A stretch of 63,617 nucleotides of DNA, counting the filler, from Reticulomyxa filosa (Eukaryota; Protista; Foraminifera), in the NCBI GenBank assembly GCA_000512085.1. It is 17 parts of 17 records of this genome, joined end to end, with 100 filler letters (N's around TTAATTAATTAA, not from the genome) between each part and the next. Parts side by side here need not be neighbours in the genome. Positions count along the whole stretch, not along the records: positions 37,609 to 41,110 come from ASPP01002500.1; positions 41,211 to 46,471 come from ASPP01026457.1; positions 46,572 to 51,668 come from ASPP01011783.1; positions 51,769 to 54,704 come from ASPP01022405.1; 13 more parts are not named here. One strand, given 5' to 3'. Under the pieces are notes generated by a model, which saw only the letters and a list, made by a program, of their open reading frames with translations, made no database searches and was not told where the DNA came from. Below are positions 38,770 to 51,825 of this stretch, piece by piece. The translations under genes and the position numbers were made by a program. Within the stretch, counting starts at the first letter, position 1; each line of letters opens with the position of its first letter.

Positions 38770-40071
38770 GAGATATTATTATTATTTATTATTATTATTA
38801 TATCTTTTACTTTTAGTCTTCCCGTGAATTTTTGATATTTGGGAAAAAATTCGGTTGCGTTTGAAAACAAAAACAACAAAGAGTAAGTGTTGTCTCGGGA
38901 AAAAAAATTTTCAGTAAAGGGTTCTCATTTAAGTACTTGCACATCTTGGGTCTAAAATAAGTCTAGCAAAAGAAAATGTTAAAGTAATTATTAACATTGG
39001 ATTCAAAAATTAAGCATCATATTGCTGCAAAGATTGTCCTAAGTTTTATAAATAAGTTCTCTTCACGTCAAAAAAATAACCATCGAAGTAGTCATCATTT
39101 TGTCAACAACAGTACAAAAGAATAAAGAATTAATTTTTACTAAAGTAGAACATAAAACAAAAGGATTAAACAGAACATTGTTATTTCCTTTTGAAATAAT
39201 GTCTTTGTACAATACAATTAGGTCATATTGTCCTAATCAAACCTATGTTTTTTATTTTATTTTTTTTAAGAAGCAACGCTCAACTTGCGATAAACTTGCA
39301 ACCAAGTTAGTCCGCCTTATCCAAAAAGGACATTGCGCTTTTTTGAAAAAAAGAAAATCAAAACAATTTGTCAATCAGCACCACATAAGTTACATTTAAC
39401 GAAATAAGATAGACAAACTAATTAAACAAAATTTAAAAAAATCAATATAGATAAGAGTAAAAGTGTCAAGTAACCTAATCCCTGTGATTGACACAATATG
39501 TGCTATGATATGATGTCATGAATATCTTCATCCCGCTGTGGCTAAGCCTTCAAACTATTGCATTCCTAATGCATGAAAAATTTGAAAAGAATTGTAAAAT
39601 TAATTTATAAATTAAATCAAAAAAAAAAACTACAGTGTAAATTTGTAATTGTTTGTTGTTTGGTATGGCTTTCGTTTCTATGCATATAGTGCTTTCGTTT
39701 CTTCGCATCTGATTGTAATATTGAACCACTTTTCAATTTATTGGTGATATTTGCATAACATTGGAGCTTGTTTTATTTCTGTATTTAATACAATTCCACT
39801 TTTTGTAAATGGATTTTGTGTAAAATGTTTTCCGTTATTTTTTAAATGCTGAAACTTGAGATAGCAGATAGTAAGTTTCATAAAATGTTTCTGTCAAGTC
39901 ATAAATAAAGAAGCAATGATATGCTTATCACATACATTGAAAAAATTGTTGGATTTGTGAAGAAGATAAAACAACGAAAGAAGTTCGACTAGGAGATATT
40001 TTTTAGCTGTATTAATAATATTGATAGTGTTCATGTTTAAACAAAAAAATTGTTCATTTCTTGCCTCGAAA

Positions 40072-40952
40072 ATGTTTCCAAGGAGTTTCATTGCAAATCT
40101 ATTGAGCATGGCGCATGCCCAAAACGATATATGCAAACAAAGCCGGTGTTGAGCAGCAACACGTTCCGATACCTCAATACAAGCGTACATATCAATGCAA
40201 AGCCGGATACAATAATCCGCAGCTATGCAGAGAACAAAGTGATTCAATTGACATTGCGAGAAATTGTTGAATTCAGTACACCAGGGCGTTTCGTGGATTT
40301 TGCAGCTTTTATCAAAAGAGAGCTGCCAATACGTATTTCGCATCGTATTGTCGAATTGGAAAGCCTGCCATATAATTTATCAGATATGCCCAGGTTTCGA
40401 TATTGCGTTTTATGTATAATATATATGTATATATGTTAATTAACTAATTAAAAAAAAATGAAATTTGTCCATCTTTTTTTTTTTTTAATAAAATTTTTTT
40501 TTAAAAGTACATTAAAACTACGAAATATGTACCAACTCGGTTTTCATTTAATCCGAAGTCTGCCGGAACCAAGCGACGACGTATCATTGGAAATATTTGT
40601 GAAAGGGGTCGAATCCCATTTCAAGTCGCTCGCAAATGCGACAGAATTGCTGGCGGCAGGGATTACCGAATGCACAATCCATCATCCTTCGCAAGCGACA
40701 CAGGTCCGTACGTGCAAGTTTTTGAATGGCTTTTTGGACCGTTTTCATACGTCGAGGATCGGGACGAGATTGTTGACGGGACAGCTGTGTGCACTGTATG
40801 CACAATACTACGGCAAGAACGACAAGCCGAAGGCGATCGCAGGTGATAAAAGCAGTGCCTTGGGGATATTGGATGACAATTGTTCTCCAAAGGAGGTGTT
40901 ACAATGGGCTGTTGATGATGCAGCCAGAATGTGTTATGAAAATTTTGGAAAG
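40072..40952 (+). CDS. Mitochondrial pyruvate/branched-chain ketoacid dehydrogenase kinase, N-terminal part; 3'-truncated
   Basis: FIKRELPIRISHRIVELESLPYNLSDMP, FLDRFHTSRIGTRLL, AVDDAARMC. Start is either 40072 (requires one extra A near 40121) or the in-frame ATG near 40130. Confidence 0.9.
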
Positions 40953-41074
40953 GTTTTTTTTTTTTTTTGGATTTTTTTCCCCCCTTTCTCCCCCCCCCTT
41001 TTTTTTTTTTTTTTTTTGTATGATAAAAAAAATTGTATACATATATGTATATGGTATATATGCAGCTGCACCTT

Positions 41075-41110
<36 letters not shown>

Positions 41111-41210
41111 NNNNNNNNNNNNNNNNNNNNNNNNNNNNNNNNNNNNNNNNNNNNTTAATTAATTAANNNNNNNNNNNNNNNNNNNNNNNNNNNNNNNNNN
41201 NNNNNNNNNN

Positions 41211-41443
41211 GGTATTTTGTATTCTCTTAATTGTGCTTCAATTTCTTTTATTCTTCTTTCAATTTCTTGTATTTTCATAATATCTTTGGTATATGTTCTT
41301 TGAAAAGGCTGAAAGTCTCCATTCAAGTCAGTAAATTCCATACATGCCTCTCTTCCAACATTGTCAACAAATTCTTCTGCGACGGCAGAAGGAAGAAGTA
41401 TTTGCACATATGACATGTCTTCGGAACGAAATCCAGACCACAT
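41211..41443 (-). CDS. V-type ATPase subunit a (116 kDa), N-terminal fragment
   Basis: FRSEDMSYVQILLP, EFTDLN, FQRTYTKDI...EIERRI; runs into a gap. Confidence 0.9.
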
Positions 41444-41885
41444 TTTCAAGTATAAGATTGAACAATTAACAGAACAGGATGCAATTGTAATAGAAATTTA
41501 ACAAAATGATATGTGCAATTTTACTTAAGTTTTTTTTTAAAGTCTTCCTTTTTTTTCTCAAACTAAAATAACACTTTGAAATCAAAATCATGTCAAATTA
41601 TTTGCATAAATTATTGAAATAAACGATTTTTTGAAATTCGCTGAAAAAAGTTATGTTAAGTATATAGTATAATATAACAAAATTTTAGATATATAACTTT
41701 TATAAATTGTATTTACTGCTATGATTTATAATTTATTTGAAGTGAAATAATCAAATTTTATGTTGAAATGATTTTACAAAATTAGTAAAAATTAATTTCA
41801 AGTTAATTCAAAAGAGTTTATCAAAACTAAAAAATTCGTAGCATTAAAAAAAGTGAATTTAATTTTTATTGTTGTTTATACGATG

Positions 41886-44873
41886 TTATTCTTCTTGTAA
41901 ATGATTTTCGTCATTATCTTCTTCATCAGTGATATCTTCAGGAGCAAATTCAAACTCTCCATCAATTTTATCAGCGCCAGTATCATCATCATCACCATTA
42001 TCAATGGAAGCATCACTGAGATAAACATCCATATCTAAATCATTTGCAGCGTCTTCGTCATCGCCTATATTTGCATCTTCTCGATCTGCAGCCATATCAT
42101 TGTCATCGTCTGCATCATACTTCATATCAGTATCATTAAATCCAACTTTTTTGGCATACTCGGACATATCATAATCATCCTCAAGATCTACATTCAATTC
42201 TTTTCCGTAGTGTTTGTGCATATATTTCATTATAAAATCTTCTTCATCACTGCTATTCTCAAATGCACTTTCATCGCTTCCCGGTTCATTAATATCAATA
42301 TTCTGTTTCTTCTTTTTAACTGTCGTCAAATAGCGACTTTGATCATTATATAAAGCAATGAATTCATCTCCAGGCAAAAAGCTTCTTAACATTTCTTTTT
42401 TACTCAATGGACGAAGTTGTTCTTCTTCGTCTTGTATATCCTTATCTTTGCTCTTACTCTTTTTATTTTTATCACTCTTATCAACTCCTTCTGGCATTTG
42501 CGTTGTTTTATGAGCAACCAATTGAACAAATTTTTCAAATAAAACTTTTCTCTCAAAATCATGAATAGGATCTCCAGTATAATTAATAGAACCTACCAAA
42601 AGTAATTGCTTGGCAAAGTCATGCACAGCAGGATGGAAGTGTTGTGTAAGCAGTGTCAATTCCCAAAATTGGAACTGTTTGCTATATTGTGAAGGAAAAG
42701 AGGAAGAAAAATGATGTTGGAACAAATTTGAGGTTAAATAGAGAGCACCACATTGCCAACCAATTGCAATACAACAGCTGTTCATGGCAATTTGTATCAA
42801 TTTCTTGAGAAATGTGAGAATGCGTTCTTGCTTGTTATCACAGCGGACGGCATTATACAATAAATTGAACAACATTTCGGGCTTGCCAAAGGTGGTCAAG
42901 TCCCAACGAGAGCACACATTCAACAGAACATTATAAAAACGATCACTCGGCACCTGGTACAATCCCTTGCCCATGGCATTGAATTCGTTCAATTCTTTGG
43001 AGACTTTGTAACGAGGCGTTTTATCGGTAACTCCAATAGGCTCAAAAGGAGAAGAAGTAATACCAACAGCCTTGATATTGGGATCAATATTGGCATTGGA
43101 ATTCGTATCAGAATTAGGATTGTCGATGACGTCCTCATGACGATTATCGACAATGGTTTCGACTCGAAAAGTGAATTGCAAAGCAATAATGGCAACGTGG
43201 AAAGACGATCTCAAGGCCATTTTATAAATGAAATCTAAGTCATCTCTCAAAACAGCCAAGTTCAATTTAGCAAATGGGAAGGCATAGGAAATACCTTTCA
43301 GCAATAGCCCGATTAGCTTTGGAGTGATTGCAGTCAACTCCAAACAGTGTTTCCACAACGCATGATCTTTTTTATGCGATTTGAAATGCACATTTCTCTT
43401 TTTCTTTGACATTTGCATTAACTTGTGTATTTTTATAATGCGTTTGTCATTGGATGCATTCACACCATTGGTAGTGCCAGTATTTGTATTAGCATTTATA
43501 TGCGCGTTATGAGTAATGATATCCTTATCATTGGCACTCTGAGACTCGTCATTAGCACCAACCATAGCATTGCTATAAGCCATCATTTGTTTAAACAAGT
43601 CCATATAAATACTGCATACATAGGTAGCGACATGGGCCTCCATGAGCGTGAATCTGATTTGGTGTAAGAGTTTGACAGCAGACAAGACACCATGAGCAGA
43701 AGCAGCAGCCGCGGTTGCAGAGATGGAAGCATGTGTACGCAACACAAAGTGGTGCACCTCTTTGATTACATGTGGCTTCATCAATGGATGTCTCGTGCAA
43801 CACTGCAGCAGATAATGCTCTACTGTCTGCACATACTTTGTGTCGCGCTCGTTCATTTTGACCACCAACAGATTCAACAGCACATGCTCCAATTCCGGCT
43901 TGTGTGATAACAATTTGTACATTGACTTTGTGCACAAAGTCCTCAAATTCACAAGTGATGTCTCTGATGTATACGATTCCAATGCATCCACAAACACTCC
44001 ATATTTCGATTTCAACAAATGTTCGAAATACCATAATATCAAATCCATTTGTGATATCATTTCATTTCCATTTGAATTTGAATTTGCATTTGAATTTGTG
44101 ATTGTATTTTCAAATGCTGCCATTTGCTCTTTCATTCGGTCATTAAAAGTCATCAAATGACGATTCGATGGCAAAATGCCTCGTTTGTCATTGTGTTTTT
44201 TCATGTCCACAAATAGAGACATGAGCAAAGGGACCACATATAACACCTCTCTTTTTGCTCCATTTTTGATAATGTCCAACAGCTTGTCTAAATGTGACAA
44301 ACGTGTTACCACGCACTGCTGCAGACGCATCACATACATGTTCACTTTGTCTTTAAATGTACCCTCGGTCATCAAATGCTGCTCAAATGCCTTTGCATTC
44401 CTCTTCTTGTCTTCGTTTACCAAACTTTCATAAAGCTCTTTACTTGTCTCAAAATTTCGATCCCAGGTCGTGTACACGTTCTTTTCATTCGTTGGGAAAA
44501 AACGGGACCTTGGAAATTTCCAACCCACACATACCTGATCTCCTTCTTCTTCTCCTTTTTGTCCCAGTTGTTGCAAGTCGTACCAATGATATTTGTACCA
44601 GGACTCACTTATTGTCACTTTTTTGTGCAATGATTTCACTGAAATTGCACGAGTTGCTATCAACTCGTCTACTTTCTCTTCCTTTTTCTCATTTTTACTT
44701 CTCTTTTTTGCCGCTTTTTCATTGCCAGTTGTTTGAGCAGAAGTGTCAGGTATGACAGCTTTTGGCTGGTCATATCGGCGTTTTTTATTTGGAAAGGCTG
44801 ACGTTGTGTCGATATCTGGTTCTTCACTATGTTTTAACTTCCTCTTCTTGGGATTTGTATTAACATTTGCCAT
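41886..44873 (-). CDS. CEBPZ: CBF/Mak21-family ribosome biogenesis protein (CEBPZ/Noc1), apparently intronless
   Basis: GTFKDKV, WYFEHLLKSKY, KPELEHVLLNLLVVKM, SDRFY, LWEL-like FWEL..LTQHFHPAV..FA, YTGDP..DF; acidic tail. Confidence 0.88.
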   Translation of the reverse strand: MANVNTNPKKRKLKHSEEPDIDTTSAFPNKKRRYDQPKAVIPDTSAQTTGNEKAAKKRSKNEKKEEKVDELIATRAISVKSLHKKVTISESWYKYHWYDLQQLGQKGEEEGDQVCVGWKFPRSRFFPTNEKNVYTTWDRNFETSKELYESLVNEDKKRNAKAFEQHLMTEGTFKDKVNMYVMRLQQCVVTRLSHLDKLLDIIKNGAKREVLYVVPLLMSLFVDMKKHNDKRGILPSNRHLMTFNDRMKEQMAAFENTITNSNANSNSNGNEMISQMDLILWYFEHLLKSKYGVFVDALESYTSETSLVNLRTLCTKSMYKLLSHKPELEHVLLNLLVVKMNERDTKYVQTVEHYLLQCCTRHPLMKPHVIKEVHHFVLRTHASISATAAAASAHGVLSAVKLLHQIRFTLMEAHVATYVCSIYMDLFKQMMAYSNAMVGANDESQSANDKDIITHNAHINANTNTGTTNGVNASNDKRIIKIHKLMQMSKKKRNVHFKSHKKDHALWKHCLELTAITPKLIGLLLKGISYAFPFAKLNLAVLRDDLDFIYKMALRSSFHVAIIALQFTFRVETIVDNRHEDVIDNPNSDTNSNANIDPNIKAVGITSSPFEPIGVTDKTPRYKVSKELNEFNAMGKGLYQVPSDRFYNVLLNVCSRWDLTTFGKPEMLFNLLYNAVRCDNKQERILTFLKKLIQIAMNSCCIAIGWQCGALYLTSNLFQHHFSSSFPSQYSKQFQFWELTLLTQHFHPAVHDFAKQLLLVGSINYTGDPIHDFERKVLFEKFVQLVAHKTTQMPEGVDKSDKNKKSKSKDKDIQDEEEQLRPLSKKEMLRSFLPGDEFIALYNDQSRYLTTVKKKKQNIDINEPGSDESAFENSSDEEDFIMKYMHKHYGKELNVDLEDDYDMSEYAKKVGFNDTDMKYDADDDNDMAADREDANIGDDEDAANDLDMDVYLSDASIDNGDDDDTGADKIDGEFEFAPEDITDEEDNDENHLQEE

Positions 44874-45096
44874 TTCCTTTTTTGGTTGCCCTTGCAAAAA
44901 AAAGTTTGACACCGAACCAATTGTTGAAGTTCGAAACTGTTCTGAACGAGTTTGGATAGTGTTGGAAACTAACACAACTGTAATTAACTACTGAAGTTAC
45001 TCAATAGATAAGATAGCATTAAAGGTTTTATAAAAAGAGTTTTCTGAAACGTGGTACTTGGAAAAATTGAGACCCTTTTTTTTTTTCTAAATAAAA

Positions 45097-45499
45097 ATGG
45101 ATTATGATAAACCTGGTGAAATAAAAATGGGCAATATAACTCCAGCCAAAGAAGAACAAGGCGATAATACCTTAAACGTTTTAGGTCTTCAATCTTCTCC
45201 GAAGACTGCAGATCCATTAAAAGCGGACTCGACAACCGAGCAAGTGAAAACGGGTGGAGCGCAAATAGACGTGCCAAGTGGCGGGATAAGAATAGAGCAC
45301 GAAGACATAATAACACACGAAGACGCCGACTTTGACGAGCACATACCAGCGCACATAATGGCTACAAAAGTATTGCCTTCTGCATCACCATCACAGCCAA
45401 ACCAACCAAATAAAGTGCAGCCGATAATCGAACTTGATTCTTCGAAATTTCGATATCAGTTTGTCCCTTTCATCCCCAAACAAACAAGTACACACACTC

Positions 45500-45530
<31 letters not shown>

Positions 45531-46471
45531 AAAGACAACTTGGATATGAAGAAGTATCAGAAGTATTTCATCGAATGTGGAATACGAATGAAAACGAACG
45601 CAAAGGGGAGACATTGGACAATTATCCAAAGAATGACAGACCCTATGCGTACGGGACAGTGAAGAGCGAGCACAGAAACAGCACGGCGTTTTTGAACAAC
45701 TGTGCGTTCGACCCTTTGACCGCCTCGTCGCATTGGGTGGCGTGGCTGCGAAGTGACAACCAAGTCGTTTTGTACGATCGTCGACAAGACCATTGGATGC
45801 CCACTACGGCCTGGTGGTTGAATGAAGTGCATCGCTTTCAATCACAGCACAATCCCTCTGTCGTCGTCAATGGCGATCATCCATTCTGCGAGGAGGTTAA
45901 TGTCTATGTATCTACAACAACAGAAACAACAGAACAACAAAAGCAATCCAATGTGACAACACACAATCAACCGAGTTTGAAAATCAACGTCACAAATGAC
46001 GCACCCAATGTGCGTGTCCTTCAATTGAAAATGTCACCTATCATTCCTAATTTGATTGCTATTATCACCAGTCACTACAAATTGATTGTCCTTGAATTCG
46101 ATGATCAATGTCGTCCCGATAATCAGACTTCCATGTTATTAAACACATACATTATAATATCATGTTATATTTCAATAATAATAATAATAAAAATAATAAT
46201 AATAATAATAAAATAGAGTAAATAAGTTTGAGTATACGATTGAAGCGAAGCAAGAAAAGAGCTTTGTGTCATGCTATTGGCATCCATATCGCGGAGATCA
46301 TTTGTTTTTGGTGAATGACACTCGCGTGGAGTTGTTTGGGATTTGGTGGACTCCGCAGTTCGAGCTTCGTCTGATGCACTCGTTCGAGCATCAGCCGCAG
46401 GCGCAGACAGATGTAAGTGGAGCTTCCAACGTGCCAAAGTCATCATTGCCATCGTCATCATTGCCATCGTC
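45097..46471 (+). CDS. Hypothetical protein with probable beta-propeller segments; 3'-truncated
   Basis: Three exons; beta-strand-like segments VLQLKMSPIIPNLIAII and CYWHPYRGDHLFLV. Divergent from CEBPZ across about 220 bp. Confidence 0.5.
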
Positions 46472-48844
46472 NNNNNNNNNNNNNNNNNNNNNNNNNNNNN
46501 NNNNNNNNNNNNNNNTTAATTAATTAANNNNNNNNNNNNNNNNNNNNNNNNNNNNNNNNNNNNNNNNNNNNCCTCACCAGCTGAATTCGGAATGGTAAGA
46601 CATATTTTCCAATGGCACATAGGACCACAGTTTTGCATTATATTTGAAGCGTCACATCTTTTCCTTCTCTTTTTTCAAAAAAGAGAAACGAAAAAGTAAA
46701 TATTTTCTCTATTGTATTAAATATGTTTTGAATAATTCAACTACATTCCAGGAAACTCTTTGTTTGGCTTGATTATTTTTTGTCACTTGTGAAAGAAGAA
46801 CTTCATATCTTTATATAACAACCAAGAAAGAGTTGACTATAGACTTTGTTAACTATGTTGCATTTTTCAATCTAGTCTCGGGTCTAACAATGTTTTTTTC
46901 ATTTTTTATAAGATGCTGATTTTACACTATCGCACTGCTACTCTTTATTTTCCTCATTTTAATTTTGAAGCAATCTATCAATAAAAAAACATCTTTTTCT
47001 TTTATTCATCAAAAATTGTGGTGACTTTGAAACATTTTTCCTATTCTATTTTGAAAATATTATTAATGCTATTATTTATTCAAGTGTTATCAAACAATTA
47101 TATGATAATACATAAAAAAAAACAACGCTGTGTGCCGATTCGATAATATTACTGTGATATTGAGTGGATTGTACTTACAAGCGAACAGAGTATTATGTTT
47201 TTTGTCTGTATCGAAACATCGCACGCAAAATCAACCGGTGAGTTGTCTCGCACATGCACAATAGGGCCCTCGTTTCAGTTCTACGGCTGAAAAGTGAATT
47301 TAAGAAAGATGATTAAAAATATGATAGATAGTATGAACAACACAAGGGATTTGAAAAAGTAATTATGAAATAACGTTATGGAACATTTTGATAAAGGTTA
47401 TCTTGTATGAAAGAGCAAAGGAAATCCCACAAAATTTGCAATTGAGAGTTTTTCTTCAACGTATTTTATCAAAATCAACCCTTTCTAAAAGTATATATTA
47501 CCACAAGTGAACCTTGAAAACTTACTTTGTTCTTTATTAAATTTTGTTTCAATGAAATTTATTCAAACAAGAAACACTTTCGTATTACACTTAACATTAA
47601 AACTTTTTGAAAAGTAAAATTGACTTTGAATAAAGTAATTGCAATATAGCAAGATATGATTGCACTCTATTCATATGGAATTATTTTACAAATATGGATT
47701 TGATGATAATTTCATTGCAACGTTTGGCACATTTGATTACTCAAAGTGATAGCGTAAGATTATTAAAAAAGATTCTAGTCAGGTATATTTGATATTGGAA
47801 ATTGCAAAACATCACAGATTTCATAACATTAAATTTGTATGTTCAAGCTTTATTTTACGAACACACTAGATCATGGAAACCAGATAACGAATATATCATT
47901 GAAAGTGGCACACAATTTGTATATAAATACTTATGCAAATTCAGTCCAGAAAAAAGTAGAATAAAATGAAAAGCTATTGCATCATAAAGACACAAATCTT
48001 TTCAAGCTCTTCTCATGTTTTGGCTTAAAATAATATATCGAATGCAAATCAATAATCTTTCAATTTATTATCAAAAGAGAATAATTTGGAATTTTAATAT
48101 TTGCTAAAATAGTCGTTTTGTTTTACATAAGGTCAAGGTATCGTAAGATACAGAAACCTAGGTTTAAGAACTGTACTTGTGACAATAGACTACATGAACA
48201 AAACTAGAGTTGGTAATCATATTTTACTTTTTGGAAAACTGTATTTTTAGTTTCGTGTTATATGCAAAGATATCAAAATAAATATTTGTGTACACGTGCA
48301 AATAAAGTATATAAGGAATATATTTTAACAAATAGTCAAATTTCAATGTTTCAGAGGTATTTTTAAAATTCAATGTAATTACAAATTTTTGTGAATAGTG
48401 TTTACTATACTTAATTTTTTTGAATTTTATAAGTCACTGATACTGTGTTTACAATGTATAATGCGTGTGAATTGCATTTAATCATGAATTGGATTTCGTT
48501 TCGTGTTACTGTGGTACTCGTTTAGAATTTGTCATTATTTTTTCAATAAAAAACAATTAATATTCGTCTTAAATAAAACTCACAAATACCTATTTTTTCA
48601 ACAATGTGTTTCAATAATCTTCAAAAGATAAGTATTTTTTCTTTGTCGATCAGATGGAATCGAAAAAACTAAAAATTCATATAACCTAATCTTATAAATA
48701 TTATTTATCTTAAGAATGTGTTTATCAGCTCCTTCGAGCGATAGTAATAAAACACAGGGCAAAGTAGTGCTGACGTGTTGTTAAATATCCCTGTTTTTCA
48801 AAAAATAAGTTTTTGCATCGTTTTATTCTCCAAATACTGTAGCA

Positions 48845-50307
48845 ATGGCCCGTTTTTATGCAGACATTTCAAAGCGCTATGACAGTTGATTGCTTTTTTT
48901 TAAAAAAATGCTTCCTCCATCTTTCTGCTTATGCCAAAAAGAGCACAAAAATTTCCGGAATATTCTTTGCAGTTTGAAGACAGACACAATGTGTGATTTT
49001 GCCAACAGAACTTTTTGATAAAGACACATATCATTTAAATCGCGCTGTGAATGTGAACGTCACTGGCGACAAAGTGGTATGTAGTGAACATCTAATCAAT
49101 AAATTAGTGTTATTCTTATTTTACTTAATAAAAATTTGTCGATCCCTTTCAAACTTCAATTTTTTGGGGGGGGGGATGGGGGGATACATATGGAAAACGA
49201 GATAGAATTGGACACTAGAAGCGAAGGCAGACGCCAACAACAAAGTTGATTCCAAATTGACTGTGAAGCATGAATTATTCGAACGAGAAAACTTTCAACT
49301 GGAAACAAGCGTGACCAAAAATCCCAAATTCATACTTACGTCAACACGTCTGCCTTTTGCAAAAACCAAATTTAGGTTATTATGTGTTGCCACGTTATTT
49401 TTTTTTAATTTTTATTTATTTTTTTATTTTGTCCGGAGGTGTGTTGTTTTCTCCTTTCACAGAAGAAGGGGGGGGGGGAAAAAGAAGAAAAGTTCTTCTC
49501 CTTTTTTTTTATGTTTTTTTTTTAGTGGATATTTTTTTTTTTTTTTGGTAAGGAAAAGGAAACTTGAATGTATTTGAATGTTATATAGCGTGTCCGAGCC
49601 AAAAGCTGAAGTTGAATTTTCGAATCAACTGGACAAAGTTGCTTGGAGTGTAAAAGTAGGAAGTAACTGGAAAAGTGCAGCAATGGAAGCCGATTCAAGT
49701 GTTGCATACAAAGTAGTAGACAATGTTACACTCGGTGCTAAGTTTTCTGTGGAAAAAGAAGCTCTGAAAACCGCATTCGGCATAAAAGATTACAATTTCA
49801 AATTTGAATGGCAAAGAAACTCGGACCAAACTTTGGTCATTGACACGTTACGTTTGAAAATCAATCATTTAAAAAAAAATTCAAATTTTTGGGGGATACG
49901 CATACTTCTCTACTTTTTTCCCCTCCCCCCCCCCCTTTTTTTTTTTTGGATTTTTCTGTCCTTTAATGTTATCCATTATAATTAATAATAACAAACACAA
50001 AAGTGACAAGAAATTGGAATCCATCAAGTTGGGTGGGTTTGCCACATTGCGTGAAAACTATGTCGGATTCGCACAAGTCCAATGGGATAAAAACAATACC
50101 AAACGATTAGGCTGGGAAGCAGGAATTGAAAAGCGCATCAATGACTCTTCGAGTTTGACGGGCATCTCCCGACAAGCATCGGCTGGGTCCCTTTTGTACA
50201 AAGGAAAAATTGATAAATTTGAAGGACATTTGGCTTACAACTTTGATTTAGACAAACCTCCTGCCGAAAGACATTCATTGGAATACAAACTGTGTTTCAA
50301 TTTTTAA
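48845..50307 (+). CDS. VDAC: Mitochondrial outer-membrane porin (VDAC-like), 5 exons
   Basis: Spliced product of about 280 aa: MARFYADISKRYDKLFDKDTY N-terminal helix, alternating beta-strand pattern, C-terminal HSLEYKLCFNF. Confidence 0.78.
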
Positions 50308-50789
50308 ACAAAAAATTTTGTGCAAAAGGAGAAACAAAAAATCATTTCAATGAAAGAAAACTTGGATTGAATTTATTAGGAATTTTCACTCGCTCACAAT
50401 TTAGTACAACAGCTTTATTTTGACTTTTGACATAAATGAAGTCAACTTTTTTTTTTTGTAATCGATTCCAAAAAAAAAAAGCCTCACTATTGTTTTAAGC
50501 CACCATGTCGAGATCACGTTTCAAATAAGGGTGCATTAATTGAGACAAGTTACAATCAGCTAGTGTTTTCGTGGGATTACAAAGGACTTTTCATAAAACG
50601 TGCTTCCGGTCACAAACAGGGATTAAAGTAAGATAAACTTAATTCTATACAATTAAAAAAGACTACGTGCTGTGGGTTGACAAAAGTATTTCGGGAACCA
50701 AAAAGAACCCAAACACAAAAGTGCCAAGGAACAGAGCTTTTTTCTCCTTTTTACGGGAAAATCTTCCAAGCATCGGAGGAGTGTGATTG

Positions 50790-51651
50790 ATGGTTAATTC
50801 TAATGTCAATGGACCACTTGTCCCTCCGTGTAGAAATAAACCAGGTAGGTGTTTTAATATGGGTTCTTTTCAGCTGGGTTTCAAGGAGGAGGGGAAGGAA
50901 GCCAAAAAAAGAAGAAAAAAAAGAATGAGACGTGTCTATGTACCGAAACAGCTTGGGGAAGACACAGAACGAATTTTCTATCGTGGGCATGTTTTTGGTG
51001 GACCCTGCCGTTAATGCGGGTCGGAGCACGAAGAGATTTGGTAGTGGATGACATAGACGATATTGCATCGACAGGTAAGCAAAAAAAAATAAAAAAAAAA
51101 ATAAAAAAAAATATGAGAAGCGGACGGAAAGAAAAAAATAGAACCTTCTTCAATTAATGAACCGCACAACACAAAAAAAAAGATTCAACACGTTATCTAT
51201 TGAAAAGATTTTTGGAAGCATGGAATAAAGAGTTGAAACGGTGTGCAGAGAGTAGAGATAGAAATGCAAAGCCGTCGTTATGGAGAGTAATATTTTCCAC
51301 ATTAGGTTGGCAACGTTGGATATTACAAGTGCTAACGTTGTTGTTCTATCAGACAGTCCAATGTATCAATGTAACATGTCTGCAAAAAGTGATTGAATAT
51401 ATAGAAACAAAACAAAACGACGACCCAATGAATATCGAGCACGTATCGTACCATCAAGCGTTAGGCTTCGCTATGGGTATGACATTTTGCTTATTGTACT
51501 TGGCCTTCCATCATCACACCTTTTACTACGAAGTGACACGCAACGGGATTATCGTTAAAACTTTTTTGACTGCCGCGATATTTGACAAAGCTTTGAAAAT
51601 CTCACCAAACAGTTTGCCCTCGGCACAGGCTATGAACTTAATGAGTACAGG
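50790..51651 (+). CDS. ABC transporter subfamily C (MRP-like, no TMD0), N-terminal exons; 3'-truncated
   Basis: Spliced: NFLSWACFWWTLPLMRVGARRDLVVDDI...KPSLWRVIF...GIIVKTFLTAAIFDKALKIS...MNLMST. Confidence 0.88.
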
Positions 51652-51768
51652 TTAGCTTTTAATTGAGANNNNNNNNNNNNNNNNNNNNNNNNNNNNNNNN
51701 NNNNNNNNNNNNTTAATTAATTAANNNNNNNNNNNNNNNNNNNNNNNNNNNNNNNNNNNNNNNNNNNN

Positions 51769-51825
51769 AAAGTTAAACTACGGGCCATGCGGCACTTCGT
51801 GCCGCCTGGCTCATAGTTTTACTTT
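51769..51825. repeat. GC-rich imperfect inverted repeat (hairpin)
   Basis: 27-bp arms around a TTC loop at 51796-51798, with 3 mismatches and one G-T pair. Core GCGGCAC-TTC-GTGCCGC. Confidence 0.85.

Noticed and set aside
46572-48800. 2.2-kb ORF-free region as a possible ncRNA locus
   Set aside because: AT-rich, with no RNA family motif or stable structure recognised by eye; a covariance-model search would be needed.
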